64,000 bases of DNA from a virus. Its lineage: Duplodnaviria; Heunggongvirae; Uroviricota; Caudoviricetes. A program made the position numbers and the translations under genes. Shown here piece after piece: positions 8,881-19,363 of this stretch. Numbering within the stretch: the first letter of the stretch is position 1; every line of letters begins with the position of its first letter. The stretch lies in IMG/VR virus record IMGVR_UViG_3300027917_004307. One strand, given 5' to 3'. The notes under the pieces were generated by a model that saw only the letters and a program-made list of their open reading frames with translations, did no database searches and was not told the DNA's origin.

Positions 8881-11344
8881 CCGAAATCCGTGAGATAGTC
8901 AGAGTCTGGCCGACACTAGTAAACGTCCACTGGCTGATGTACTCCTTGATTGGCGTTCCACCGCCATCTCGCACGAGAGCAACCAAATCACGGCTACCAG
9001 CGGTATGTACAGCCTGGTACCGATCAGTAGAACTGGTACCATCGTACTCTTGGTCCAGGTACGCAATGTAGATGTCGTTTCCGATATCCGCATTGACAGA
9101 TGCGAAATCTTCGTTTCCATCGGTCGTATCGATGTTGTAGAACCGGTTGGGCGTCCCGTTCTCCCAGTTATTGTAGTGCAGGCGGCGCTCCAGACCGTTG
9201 TTGTCCGTCACCCGAATCCAGCCATCAGCCGGAGTGTCGGAAGGAATGGACTCCGTGATCTCCACCTCGGTGATGTTGTCCGTTGTGAGAGCGGCGGCCA
9301 GAGACAACTGATCCTTGTCGATGGCCGGGTTGTCCTCCGGATCAAGAGTGACGCCATCCCACGGAGCAACCAGCACCCTGTCGCCAGTGACCATTCCACC
9401 GACGATGTTGGTAACCAGGTTGGGCGGGTTCCTGGTAACCCCGTCCAACGCGGTGAGTTTGTCATTCTGAGACAGGTCGGCGTACTCAACACCGACACCG
9501 TAAGCGCCAATAATGGCCGAACCAGTGGACTGTCCGAGGAATGCAGGCGAAACGGCTCTGGATGTGACACTTCCATCGACGTCCAGGTAGTCCGTCACAT
9601 CGGCGGCGGCAGGGTCTGTTCCACAGTAATACAGCCTAATATTGTTGCTCACCGTAACGCCATTCAGCGTCTGGACGTACAGGTTACCCGTGGCCCCATC
9701 ATCGTCAACAGCCAAACAGAGCAGCAGACCACCGCCGGTCACTGCTGTAGGCGTGCCATTGACCGTGGCCTGGGCTCCGGACACTTGACCAGTAAAGGTC
9801 TCTGCGTCCGTGACAGTGCCGCTCTCCACTCGAATGATGAGGCTGCCCGTAGAGCCATCGTCGTCGATGGCAATGACCGTGCCTTTCCAGGCAGGGGTAG
9901 CCGTGTCCTCGTGGACAGCCTCGCCAACGAGGAAAGGACCTCCGGACTCGCCTGTATAAACCACGTTGGTGCCCCAGGCGAGGCGGTCGTTGGTACTAAC
10001 AGAGATTCCGCCAGCTTCACCGTCGTAGGCGAACGAGTGGGTAACGCCTCGGAACCAGATGCCCGGGATGTCGTGAATCTCGGACGATGTGTACACCTGG
10101 AAGGCAAGGTCATCAGCGGCAACCGCCGTCCACCCAGCTGTATTATGCGCCCGGTTACCGCTATGGGTACCAGATGAAGCTAAACCCTCAACGTGAACAT
10201 AATTCGAAGCATCTCCATCTCCATGCTCGATCACGAGGCAGTAGTACGTACTTGCTGCCACCGGCACCGGAGTCTCCCACCAGAAGGTGTACTCGCGGTA
10301 GTCAGAAGTGAGATTGCCAGCCTCAATTGCCTCAGATACGCCACCCTGAATGGCATTGGGCACCGATGATGTCCCGTACGTGCCGCTGTGGGAGTAGATG
10401 GAGGCTGTGATATCGCCAGTGGGAGAACCCAAACCGATCTTTAGATTCACCGTGACCTTGTGAATCAGCATGGCGTTGCCGCCGACCGTGAACGACTGGG
10501 CCGCTCCCGTAATGGTAGCATCGTCCACGACGAAATTGGAGCCACTATCCGAGCAGGAGTCCTCGGCGGTTGGATCCTTGGCGAGCCATTTGGTGCGCTC
10601 GTAGAGCTGGTTGATGGTGTAGGAGTCGCGGTTCCATTCGGAGTAGTACTCCTCGTCTGTTCCGTTGTTGTCAACGTCGATCAGGCGGAGACCCTCGGTA
10701 TTAGTGATAGTGGTCCATCCGGCCACGGTGGCGGCGACGGTTTCATTGTTCAGGTCGTCGCTGTCGGTAAGGGCCAAGACGTTGTTGCCACGGGCAGTGC
10801 CGTTGATCTTGAATTCGCTGTAGGTGTTCTCGTAAGTACGGCAGATACCTACCAACCGCCGACCGTCGATATCGACACCATTCACCCGAGTCTTGATCAT
10901 GAATCGGTGGCTAATACCAGCATTAGCGTCGGCGTTCAGACCACCAGTACTGAAGTTCCACCAATCGTCGGCCAGGGCTTTACCGTCCTGGAGGATCTGG
11001 ATCTGGACTGTGGCGTTGCCGAAGTTCACGATGCCATCGTAGATTGTATCCCCGCCGTCCTGCACGATCGAACCGTCGTAGAGATGTTCGACAGCGTTGT
11101 CATCAAGGTTGTACCCGTTGAGTAATGTGATGTAGTTGTCCGTCGCTCGGCTGGACGGGTTTAGACCAGTGATGTCCAGCTCATCGTCACCAGATGCCAC
11201 GGCGTCGTCCGCGAGGCCCTGGATCCAGCGGTGAAGCTGAATCACGGTCGCATACGACGGGCTCCCACCGTCATGATCGTCTCCGATATATCGGATATCC
11301 TTAGTGGACCTGTCAATGGTCCAGTCACCTGGCACTATAGCCAT
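8873..11344 (-). CDS. large tail fibre / receptor-binding structural protein
   Basis: 823 aa, GC-rich, G/T/D/N-rich with no enzymatic motif. Lies within the fibre gene block. Confidence 0.5.
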   Translation of the reverse strand: MAIVPGDWTIDRSTKDIRYIGDDHDGGSPSYATVIQLHRWIQGLADDAVASGDDELDITGLNPSSRATDNYITLLNGYNLDDNAVEHLYDGSIVQDGGDTIYDGIVNFGNATVQIQILQDGKALADDWWNFSTGGLNADANAGISHRFMIKTRVNGVDIDGRRLVGICRTYENTYSEFKINGTARGNNVLALTDSDDLNNETVAATVAGWTTITNTEGLRLIDVDNNGTDEEYYSEWNRDSYTINQLYERTKWLAKDPTAEDSCSDSGSNFVVDDATITGAAQSFTVGGNAMLIHKVTVNLKIGLGSPTGDITASIYSHSGTYGTSSVPNAIQGGVSEAIEAGNLTSDYREYTFWWETPVPVAASTYYCLVIEHGDGDASNYVHVEGLASSGTHSGNRAHNTAGWTAVAADDLAFQVYTSSEIHDIPGIWFRGVTHSFAYDGEAGGISVSTNDRLAWGTNVVYTGESGGPFLVGEAVHEDTATPAWKGTVIAIDDDGSTGSLIIRVESGTVTDAETFTGQVSGAQATVNGTPTAVTGGGLLLCLAVDDDGATGNLYVQTLNGVTVSNNIRLYYCGTDPAAADVTDYLDVDGSVTSRAVSPAFLGQSTGSAIIGAYGVGVEYADLSQNDKLTALDGVTRNPPNLVTNIVGGMVTGDRVLVAPWDGVTLDPEDNPAIDKDQLSLAAALTTDNITEVEITESIPSDTPADGWIRVTDNNGLERRLHYNNWENGTPNRFYNIDTTDGNEDFASVNADIGNDIYIAYLDQEYDGTSSTDRYQAVHTAGSRDLVALVRDGGGTPIKEYISQWTFTSVGQTLTISRISDA

Positions 11345-11454
11345 ATTATAGCCTCCTCATATACTTACTCGCACAACGCTATTATATATTTTACTTCAAC
11401 ACTTATTTTTATACGAAATTAAAGATAATTATTTTCAATCCAACAAATATAACT

Positions 11455-11916
11455 TCAATTAACTGTAACAGACGTTAGATTCTTGCCAACATATACTAAA
11501 TTTTTGGTTAGTGTTGCTCCGTCGCTATTCCTTGTCAATACTATCTTAGTCAAATTCTTACCTGTATATGTCAAAACTTTACCAAACAATTGGACTGCCT
11601 TGGTATTGTCAACATAAACATTTATACTGGTAAGATTTTTACCAACATAAGTAAATTCAGTGTATCTGGCAATCGATGCTGCCTTAAATGCCATTTCCAA
11701 TTCAAGATTTAATTTTTCCCTATCAGTTATGGCTGATGGAATTGGATCGTTTAAGACTTTCCAATCGGCTAATGCACCTGCCGCAGCTGCTACCGCCCAG
11801 TAATACGTTATACCAGTTGACCTTACGGTACGTACGTCACCCTGTACATTACCTACAACAGGCAAACTAGGGAAAGTAGCGACTGAATCTCTGAGCACTT
11901 TTACTATTTTAGACAT
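11455..11916 (-). CDS. repeat-containing virion-associated protein
   Basis: Internal repeats YVGKNLTSINVYVDN / YTGKNLTKIVLTRN / YVGKNLTSVTVN. Confidence 0.4.
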   Translation of the reverse strand: MSKIVKVLRDSVATFPSLPVVGNVQGDVRTVRSTGITYYWAVAAAAGALADWKVLNDPIPSAITDREKLNLELEMAFKAASIARYTEFTYVGKNLTSINVYVDNTKAVQLFGKVLTYTGKNLTKIVLTRNSDGATLTKNLVYVGKNLTSVTVN

Positions 11917-12700
11917 CTATAAGGTCAAGCCTCAGTCCAACTATTGCAGGTAATTCAGTCTGTGGATCGGGGCTGCCATCCCAATTCCTAGAAATTTTAA
12001 TGCTCACTATATCATTGGCATGGATAAATTCGCCAGTATCCATAATTTCAGTTTCTCTTATGTCACCCCTCAATAAATTAAAGGTTGATATGTTGGTATC
12101 ATTTGTAATTTCTGAACTATTACCAGTGGTTATTTCTGTCGCCACGACTGAAGTTCTTAAATCATAAGACGTATTGTCCCCAGAATCGTAGGCCCATATC
12201 AGATATATTTTCATTCTTGTATAAATAATGCTTCCATCTATTTTAGTATTATATCCTATTACTGAAAGCTCATTAGATGGTAAATACAAAATTAATCTTT
12301 TATCGTCTAAATTGCCTTGGGTAGCGCCAGCCCATACACTCATGGCACCAACAGCAACAAAATTCGGGTCTTGATCGAACATTATTGGTGTTGGTTCTAG
12401 CGTATCACTTCCTATCAGCCAGTTAATGTATGCTTTAAATTTCTCACCACGCTGTATGCCATAAATCTGATCCAAAAACGGCAGAGCTGAATTCGGTATA
12501 TCCAATTCTATCGTGTTAGTCAACGGATCATAAATCGTTCTAAATTCAACATTTTCCTCATTATTCAATGCCAATCGAGCGAATAATGCATACAGAAATA
12601 AATCGTTCATACCAGCGGATTCTCTAGCAGAACGAAGCACATTCGGAGTTATTCGTCCGAATACGTTGTCACCTCTGGATACGGCCATACAATCCTCCAT
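11909..12700 (-). CDS. hypothetical protein (fibre-block associated)
   Basis: 263-aa ORF translationally coupled to both neighbours. Confidence 0.4.
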   Translation of the reverse strand: MEDCMAVSRGDNVFGRITPNVLRSARESAGMNDLFLYALFARLALNNEENVEFRTIYDPLTNTIELDIPNSALPFLDQIYGIQRGEKFKAYINWLIGSDTLEPTPIMFDQDPNFVAVGAMSVWAGATQGNLDDKRLILYLPSNELSVIGYNTKIDGSIIYTRMKIYLIWAYDSGDNTSYDLRTSVVATEITTGNSSEITNDTNISTFNLLRGDIRETEIMDTGEFIHANDIVSIKISRNWDGSPDPQTELPAIVGLRLDLIDV

Positions 12701-12725
12701 TATTATATTTGATTATCTTTAGATA

Positions 12726-13457
12726 TCAATCGGGCTTGGGGTGCCTACAATCGGTGGTTTTGTGAGAGGGGATTTGTGATGTGGCTTTTCTTAGTGCTTG
12801 TGATATATCATAATACTCTACCATATCATTGATTTTAGAACCTGGTGTGCACGATATTATCTTAAAGTCAAACTCTTTGGCATATGGGAGTATTTCTTTG
12901 ATTTGCCTCAAAGCCATGTCATACGTTCGCTGGTTGTATCCGATCTGTACGTCGTTGAGTTTTCTTTCATAACAATATATGTTGTTTTTATTTGTAACAA
13001 ATGAGCATCCGACAAGATAAACCTCGTTGAACCCTAACCTATATGCAACTTGGATTGCCAACGTAAATACATTCTTACACCAAGTGAAATTCCTGCCGCG
13101 CAAATAGAATACATTAGGCTCCATTTTCTCCGATGCCATAAAATAAGTGTTCGGCATATCGCGCCATCTTTTATCACCAATCATACAATTCTTTCTAGTA
13201 ATATAAGTAAATTTCATTGGGGCTGGGTCCATCAATATCGACGCGGAATAATTTTCGGCGATATCAGCACCAACCCATAAATCAGGTCTTATAATCGTTG
13301 CAGTGTTATTCATTACCATTTTGACTATTAATTTGTTGTCAAACTTGTTTTTCACCTCATTAATATATGGCGACCCTCCAAATAAAAAGCATGGTCCACT
13401 AAATAGACCATCTAAATCCATAGCTTTTCGCCTGCCACCTTGGTATCTAAAAAACAT
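12726..13457 (-). CDS. hypothetical protein, possible Rossmann-like sugar/nucleotide transferase
   Basis: Motifs LFGGSPYIN ... WVGADI ... YLVGCSF suggest an alpha/beta nucleotide-binding fold. First gene of the glycan-modification cluster. Confidence 0.35.
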   Translation of the reverse strand: MFFRYQGGRRKAMDLDGLFSGPCFLFGGSPYINEVKNKFDNKLIVKMVMNNTATIIRPDLWVGADIAENYSASILMDPAPMKFTYITRKNCMIGDKRWRDMPNTYFMASEKMEPNVFYLRGRNFTWCKNVFTLAIQVAYRLGFNEVYLVGCSFVTNKNNIYCYERKLNDVQIGYNQRTYDMALRQIKEILPYAKEFDFKIISCTPGSKINDMVEYYDISQALRKATSQIPSHKTTDCRHPKPD

Positions 13458-15352
13458 TACAGTAACCCTAAAGCTGCTTTTAGAATTATATCTGACGTTT
13501 CTTTGCGGAATCTCTCTATGCCAAACTCTGCAACTGACTTTGATCTGGCTTTCATCCCTATTTCGTACCTCATCGTTGGGTCATTAACCAATTCTACCAA
13601 ATACTTTACGAAATCGTTGTCATCGTCGCATAAAAATCCATCAACGCCATGGGTAATTTGTTCTGCTGGCCCACCTTTATTCTCACACACGACTGGAAGG
13701 CCTGCAGCCATCGCCTCTGATATCACCCTACCCCACGAATCAACCGTACCTTCTTTGTTACGGTGAACGAATATGTCAAAACTTTTATAGAATTCCTTAG
13801 GAGTCTTACTCCCTATCTTAGGCGTTTCACACTGGCTAAGAGTTATGTTGTCCCAGTATTCTGAACCACCAACGAGAGAAAATCTAACTTGAGGAGCTTG
13901 TCTCTTTACCGCATCAAGTATGGTTAGTAATTCAGCCGGGAATCTCGTATGTAAACTAGATGTCAATTTGCCTATCACACATCTTTTATTGTCTGGCGAT
14001 CTATCAATCGCTTCATATGGATTCAGATCCATGCATGGTGGAATGAGTTTCCAATTCATTCTCGGTTTTATGCGCTCATAGCTATCCAATATGGTTTCAG
14101 ACACAAACACGTCCAAATCAGCGTGAAAACAAGGGAATGTCCTGTTGTGATGAACGGCAATTAAAGGCCATTGCTTTAACCAATCGTACGGCCATTCTCC
14201 GTCCACAGTCTTACCACCAGTATTGTGGAACATCATTATCGCTGGATCTATCTCTCTTACTATTTCTTCTGTTAATTTTTCTATATGGCACACTTCAATG
14301 CCATCATTCCTGAATTCGTTGGCCATCTCAAAGTCTTCTCTTGAATCATAAAAAAAGCATATGATGTGGTAGAATTCAGGATATATTTTTGCAACATCTC
14401 TAGAGAATAATATAGTCCCACCACGCCAGAACGCCTGGTTACAATGTAGCATGACGTTGTTCGCCTTGCGAACTGGCCTGGGCGGGTATACTTTGAGTGG
14501 TATAACTTTGCTGTTGACCAGCAGCTTCGAATCGGCAACACCGAATTCCCTATTTATGTTGCCGACCACACGGTCATACTTTTGCCAAGCTTTGTTGTTC
14601 TCAAAGAAATAATAGTACGTTGACCTGTTTATCTCTAATCCAATTTGTCTTTCTCTGCCATCCTCAGCTATCGTTTTGCCATGCGACTGGTGAATACCAA
14701 ACACACCCATATCTAACTCAAGGTTGAATTTGGCCGACAACGCTCTAAAGCCAAACTCCGTGTCATCACACCCAATTCCAAGCATGAACAATTCTTCTAT
14801 GCCGCCAAGCTCTACAAAATCAGTCTTTGTCATGGCTCCTATGAAGAAAACCCATGGATGATTGCGTGGTAGCTTGTTAGGCCCACAATATTCAATCCCA
14901 CCAATTTTCCTAAGCCTTTCAATATCAAAATTGTCAAACTTACGAGACTCAGCGTTGATTACGTGGCCATATAGAAATGTTTTGTCTCTAGCACGTTCGG
15001 AAATCAATTTTAAGTTGTCCCTAGCAAACACAGTCTCTGGAGACGTCAGCACTATTATATCACCATCCGCCTGTTTTACACCAAAGTTCTGCGGGAGTGC
15101 AGGATTTGTGAGCCCATCAAACATGTTCGGTTTAATCGTGCCGCTATTGACGTCAACATCGTATAGCTTAAAGTTGAGTTTACAATGATATCCATTCAAC
15201 AAATCAATTAGACCATCATTTGACTGCTGGTCTACGATTACAATTTCAAATTGGTCTGGTGGAAGTGTTTGTGAGACGTATGATTCTAAAGTTGGTTTGA
15301 ATAAATCGGCCCGGTTTCTAATTGGCACTATTATGCTGATTTTTGGTTTCAT
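13457..15352 (-). CDS. bifunctional glycosyltransferase: N-terminal GT2 (GT-A) domain fused to C-terminal GT4-like (GT-B) domain
   Basis: N-terminus 'ISIIVPIRNRADLFKPTLESYVSQT...FEIVIVDQQSND' is a GT2 signature. C-terminus 'GRVISEAMAAGLPVVCENKGGPAEQITHGVDGFLC' is the EX7E motif of retaining GT-B enzymes. Confidence 0.7.
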   Translation of the reverse strand: MKPKISIIVPIRNRADLFKPTLESYVSQTLPPDQFEIVIVDQQSNDGLIDLLNGYHCKLNFKLYDVDVNSGTIKPNMFDGLTNPALPQNFGVKQADGDIIVLTSPETVFARDNLKLISERARDKTFLYGHVINAESRKFDNFDIERLRKIGGIEYCGPNKLPRNHPWVFFIGAMTKTDFVELGGIEELFMLGIGCDDTEFGFRALSAKFNLELDMGVFGIHQSHGKTIAEDGRERQIGLEINRSTYYYFFENNKAWQKYDRVVGNINREFGVADSKLLVNSKVIPLKVYPPRPVRKANNVMLHCNQAFWRGGTILFSRDVAKIYPEFYHIICFFYDSREDFEMANEFRNDGIEVCHIEKLTEEIVREIDPAIMMFHNTGGKTVDGEWPYDWLKQWPLIAVHHNRTFPCFHADLDVFVSETILDSYERIKPRMNWKLIPPCMDLNPYEAIDRSPDNKRCVIGKLTSSLHTRFPAELLTILDAVKRQAPQVRFSLVGGSEYWDNITLSQCETPKIGSKTPKEFYKSFDIFVHRNKEGTVDSWGRVISEAMAAGLPVVCENKGGPAEQITHGVDGFLCDDDNDFVKYLVELVNDPTMRYEIGMKARSKSVAEFGIERFRKETSDIILKAALGLL

Positions 15353-17004
15353 AGCACAAAATACATTTTGCTGTCCAATTTTTCATACTCTTCTTCGTCG
15401 TAGTAATCCAATTCTATATCCGCAAAACCTGATGCGATGTATGACCGTACCCTAAAATGACCTTGAAATAGTCTGTTGCCACTTCTCATGCCTATTGGCG
15501 GCAATTTTACGTCGCTTTTTATTCCATTAAGGCAGTCTATTAATCTAAGATAGTCTCTGGTTGCTATACGTATTGAACTTCCTCTTACGATCCTATCGTG
15601 ATGGCAAAATTCATTCATGCTTATGAGCGCATCATAAGAGTCTAAACACAGGTCATGTATCGGCTGATTTTTGTTGGCCCCAACATTAGCCTCAATTGAT
15701 TTAATATTGTTCTTAATCCTGTTGTGTAATTTGTCATGCTCCCATTCGCCGCTAACAACCAATCCATGCAATATCTTAAGGCACGACTCTATCGTAACCG
15801 GTGGCATTACCGACATAACCCATTTAATGTTTTTGCCTTTATAATTACAAACATCACCGACATGTATTCGTTTGTTTGCTAACCATGGAGCAAAATACAC
15901 AACCAGCCTGCCATGCCTATGTCCTTTTATCGCCTTGGCTGGGATAAATCCATAATCTTCGGCTATGCCAGCAATGATTTCATTATCAACAGGATCAATC
16001 TCAAAGATCGCCTCATTGCAATGTTTAAACAGATCAGCAATGGCTTCTTTATATCTCAATTCTCCAACTTGCTTCCTCACGTGGTGAAGCATATTTAGGC
16101 TCATCACCACATCATACTTCTTATCGAAGAACCAATCACCACCAAATTTCCTTCCAACAAATTTGCAGTTTGATTCTCTAAAATCTTTGAGCTTATTGCA
16201 AGTCTCTATGGCTGGAGCATCGGCATCAAACCCGACCACTTCCTTAGCGCCAGTCTCTTCAGCCTTAAATGAAAAATACCCGTTAAAGCAGCCTATGTCA
16301 CATACGGATTTGTTGTAGAATGAAATACCACTGTTTCTTATGTTCTCCCATGTGGTAAGAGACTTAACTCTTCCTTCTTTTATTACATCACTATTTATTT
16401 CTATGCGCTGGTATGAAGGATCGCACGATGTTTTGTTAACTAAGCTCGTTATTTCTTCTTTATGTGTGTCAGACAATTTGGTTGGTTGTTTCTTAGGTTT
16501 TGTCAACAAAGCCCTTATAATCGTCACACGGCCAGATCGCCTGTTCAAGATTTCTTTGTGATATTCGTCAAAACCAGCATTTTTGAAGTCGTTAACTTCC
16601 CACCCAGATTTATGTGTTTGGGCTTCGTCGGCATTTTCACCCCAAACATCTTCAGTCTGCTTAAAAAACCCGTTTGGAGTATAAACGGCAACACACTTCC
16701 TAGCTACCATAATGCTATAATGCAACGCCTTTATACCGTCTCTTTTGTCTAAATGCTCCAAGGAATCAAACCACAATACCGCATCAAAACTGTTTGGAAC
16801 AATGTGTCTTTCTAGTTGTGTTGCATCCGCCACAATATATGGCAAATTAGAATTCTTTACAGCTTTATCGACATAACCTCTTACTATATCAATACCTAAA
16901 TACGTGTAACTTTTAAATAAGTCAGAATGGCGGCCTATACCACACCCGATGTCCAATATTGACTTGACACCTAGTTTGTTGAATTTCTCTATAAACCATT
17001 TCAT
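15349..17004 (-). CDS. tandem class-I SAM-dependent methyltransferase domains
   Basis: Two motif-I glycine loops, 'ILDIGCGIGRHS' and 'VCDIGCFNGYFS', each followed by an acidic motif II (GIDIV / GFDAD). Confidence 0.65.
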   Translation of the reverse strand: MKWFIEKFNKLGVKSILDIGCGIGRHSDLFKSYTYLGIDIVRGYVDKAVKNSNLPYIVADATQLERHIVPNSFDAVLWFDSLEHLDKRDGIKALHYSIMVARKCVAVYTPNGFFKQTEDVWGENADEAQTHKSGWEVNDFKNAGFDEYHKEILNRRSGRVTIIRALLTKPKKQPTKLSDTHKEEITSLVNKTSCDPSYQRIEINSDVIKEGRVKSLTTWENIRNSGISFYNKSVCDIGCFNGYFSFKAEETGAKEVVGFDADAPAIETCNKLKDFRESNCKFVGRKFGGDWFFDKKYDVVMSLNMLHHVRKQVGELRYKEAIADLFKHCNEAIFEIDPVDNEIIAGIAEDYGFIPAKAIKGHRHGRLVVYFAPWLANKRIHVGDVCNYKGKNIKWVMSVMPPVTIESCLKILHGLVVSGEWEHDKLHNRIKNNIKSIEANVGANKNQPIHDLCLDSYDALISMNEFCHHDRIVRGSSIRIATRDYLRLIDCLNGIKSDVKLPPIGMRSGNRLFQGHFRVRSYIASGFADIELDYYDEEEYEKLDSKMYFVL

Positions 17005-17984
17005 ACGAAATTACGATGATCTACGTCATCGATCAGATTGGCCAATGCGTTGTTGTAATTTGAGTAATAACATTTGATGCAACCAGACCCGTCATAATGG
17101 TTTTGCTTACTCCATATATCATCCAGGTTATTTATGTCTCCCATTACCATAACGCTGCTGCAGTCCCTATCGGGAACTGCTTGCGCATACTGTGTGCCAC
17201 AGCACGGATAGATTAAACCATCAGCACCAACAACTGGCTTCAATAGGCTTATTAGGCACCTCTGTGTGCCAGCAGCATACTGTTTCCTATCCTGCCAGAT
17301 AACTATGTTGTCGTTTATTGCTGACCCTATTAAATTCGATAAATGTTTTAAGTCAGCAACAGGTTTTAAGATATCATTAACCATTCTTACATGGGTGAAG
17401 TTATGCTCGTTCGCATACTTTATTATATTGAATATATTGTCGGTATTTGGTTCATCAGTAATAACATAACTAAATGACCAGTCGATGTCGAAATTGACCA
17501 CTTTATCAACGGATTTGAACAATTTTACAGTATCAGATTCATCGCTAGCAGAAATTCTCACCCATGTAATCGGAGCAGCCCGCAATTTATTTAGAAGATA
17601 ACCATTTGTAACAAGCCCAACTTCAATCCCACATCTGAGTGCTTCGCTTATCACCCAATTAATGTCGTACTGCGCCTCTTTCCATAATAACGGTTCGCCA
17701 CCGCCAGTAATAGTGACTGATCTGCATCCAAGCCCCCTAAAATTTATGAATATATTCTCCAATTGTTCTTTCGACAGCTGTAAAGATTTCTCCCTTTCAG
17801 AACATGAACAGAAGGAGCAATTAAGGTTGCACTTATTGGTGGGATTTAATTGTAAATGAACTGGCTGTATTATATTGTGGTCGATTATACTTGATAGCAA
17901 TTTTATATTCTTAAAAATTTTAATTGGGAAACCACCACTGGCAGCTGTGTATGCTTGTGTCTTCGACATATATTTTATATACAT
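17001..17984 (-). CDS. radical SAM enzyme
   Basis: 'NPTNKCNLNCSFCSC' CxxxCxxC cluster and the 'GGGEPLLW' SAM-binding motif. Confidence 0.7.
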   Translation of the reverse strand: MYIKYMSKTQAYTAASGGFPIKIFKNIKLLSSIIDHNIIQPVHLQLNPTNKCNLNCSFCSCSEREKSLQLSKEQLENIFINFRGLGCRSVTITGGGEPLLWKEAQYDINWVISEALRCGIEVGLVTNGYLLNKLRAAPITWVRISASDESDTVKLFKSVDKVVNFDIDWSFSYVITDEPNTDNIFNIIKYANEHNFTHVRMVNDILKPVADLKHLSNLIGSAINDNIVIWQDRKQYAAGTQRCLISLLKPVVGADGLIYPCCGTQYAQAVPDRDCSSVMVMGDINNLDDIWSKQNHYDGSGCIKCYYSNYNNALANLIDDVDHRNFV

Positions 17985-18442
17985 TGAACTTATTTTGCTG
18001 CAAATATTTATATATTATCAATAACAGGATGGAAATGTTCTTCTTTGGCTTCCTCTTGCTTTGTGGGTATTCAGATGGCCATTCACCAACGAACGTGTAA
18101 GGGAAGCGAAAGGACGGCTCAGGAAATACCGTCCGGAGGGTTATTAAAATAACAATGGTTCCAGTAGGCAGCCGGGGCTCAGAGTGACCACAGACAGGTC
18201 GGAGCAACTTCCGGATTTCCGTCATCCTTCAACCATGTCGCCTTCAGCCATCAGCAAGTTTCAGTCTTGTGACTCTGATTCTTAAGCCTTGCGAGAGGGC
18301 AAGCATCTTAACAGGATGCTGCAGTGGCTTTCAAGGCCATTGCTCGGCAGTCCGTATAACGCAACAGACTCAAGCGCTCATTTTGACCACAAATGAGAAG
18401 GGTCTGCTTCTTCTCCTTTTTCACCTATGAAACCACTACAAT
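17985..18442. other. GC-rich hairpin-dense non-coding island (candidate structured RNA / regulatory region)
   Basis: About 460 bp with no ORF of 60 aa or more in the gene orientation, and GC-rich against an AT-rich background. Consecutive stem-loops gccttgc-gagagg-gcaagc, gcatc-ttaacag-gatgc, cagtggc-tttcaag-gccattg (with a G-U pair on the plus sense) and a nested hairpin cagac..ctcattt-tgaccac-aaatgag..gtctg. Confidence 0.25.
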
Positions 18443-19024
18443 CTATTCCTTGGGCGGAGGCCCAAGGTCAACATGCTCCGTGAAATTGATATTCTCAATC
18501 GCCACGTCAAGATCATGCTCCAGTTGTATTAAACTGGACATTTCTTTCTCGATTTCATCTAATGAAACGTATGACACCAATTCAAGATTAGCCTGTTCTT
18601 TATGTTCACCAACCATCCTGCTGATCTGTGACTCAATTCCAGCTTGATGGGCTGTCAGGTGGTGTTTCATCTGCTGGAGGAATTGCATCCTATCCTTAAG
18701 CATCCCCCTACGGTGCTTGCCATGCCCACGCAGTGACAATGCTTCAAACATCGACATTGTCTTTGGTTTACCGTTAAAGTCAACCGTTACTGTCTTTTCA
18801 AGATTTGCCCTAAGGATTGCAGTATTGAGGTCGACCCAATATTTTTCAAGGTCACTGACGGATTGTTTAAGTTTATTTACAGTAAGTTGTTGGTTTTTAA
18901 TAGGAGGCTTAACAGCATTCGAGTGGCAGAGCAATTCCATGATTTGGGCATTGGATTTAGTAATTCTTTTGTCAACAAGAGCCCTAGTCTTGAGAGCTTC
19001 GCTCAACGTCATTTGGTCCGACAT
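18443..19024 (-). CDS. coiled-coil protein adjacent to the vault-protein homolog
   Basis: 193 aa with helical heptads (LEKYWVDLNTAILRANLEK...). Flanked on both sides by GC-rich non-coding islands. Confidence 0.5.
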   Translation of the reverse strand: MSDQMTLSEALKTRALVDKRITKSNAQIMELLCHSNAVKPPIKNQQLTVNKLKQSVSDLEKYWVDLNTAILRANLEKTVTVDFNGKPKTMSMFEALSLRGHGKHRRGMLKDRMQFLQQMKHHLTAHQAGIESQISRMVGEHKEQANLELVSYVSLDEIEKEMSSLIQLEHDLDVAIENINFTEHVDLGPPPKE

Positions 19025-19363
19025 TTCTACCTCCTCAATAATTAGTATTGATTATCAATGCCACTCTACCTATTCTTATGGTATTTCGCCCGCTATAAAG
19101 GGGGGTCGTCCTGCGCAGGTGGGTGGCCTGGGTCATAGCTCCGTTTGCGTTGACCGAAGAAGAGTCGCCTACCTTACTCCTCGCCTACACCGGTTCGACG
19201 AGTTTCATCCTCCCTCCCTTTGGCTTCTGCGCCTCAAGCGATGCACGCTTCACACCACGACATCGTTGGCGCTGTCCTCGGCGACCGCCTCTTCGATACA
19301 GAAATCAAAACCGGAAGTTTCCCGTGAGTCCACCGACCTACTTAGCTGCCCTCCGTCACTACC
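19025..19363. other. GC-rich non-coding island between the coiled-coil gene and the MVP-like gene
   Basis: About 340 bp without a credible ORF. Contains the 10-bp perfect palindrome cctgcgcagg and the hairpin aagcg-atgca-cgctt. GC-rich. Confidence 0.25.

Noticed and set aside
17920-18225. 101-aa minus-strand ORF spanning the AT-rich promoter-like stretch and part of the GC-rich island
   Set aside because: The composition changes mid-ORF, it has no SD, and its translation is low-complexity. It is more likely non-coding.
18448-18467. Perfect 8-bp stem hairpin ccttgggc-ggag-gcccaagg as a terminator
   Set aside because: It lies inside the last codons of ORF 18443-19024 (encoding ...GPPPKE) and is not followed by a U-run on the minus strand.
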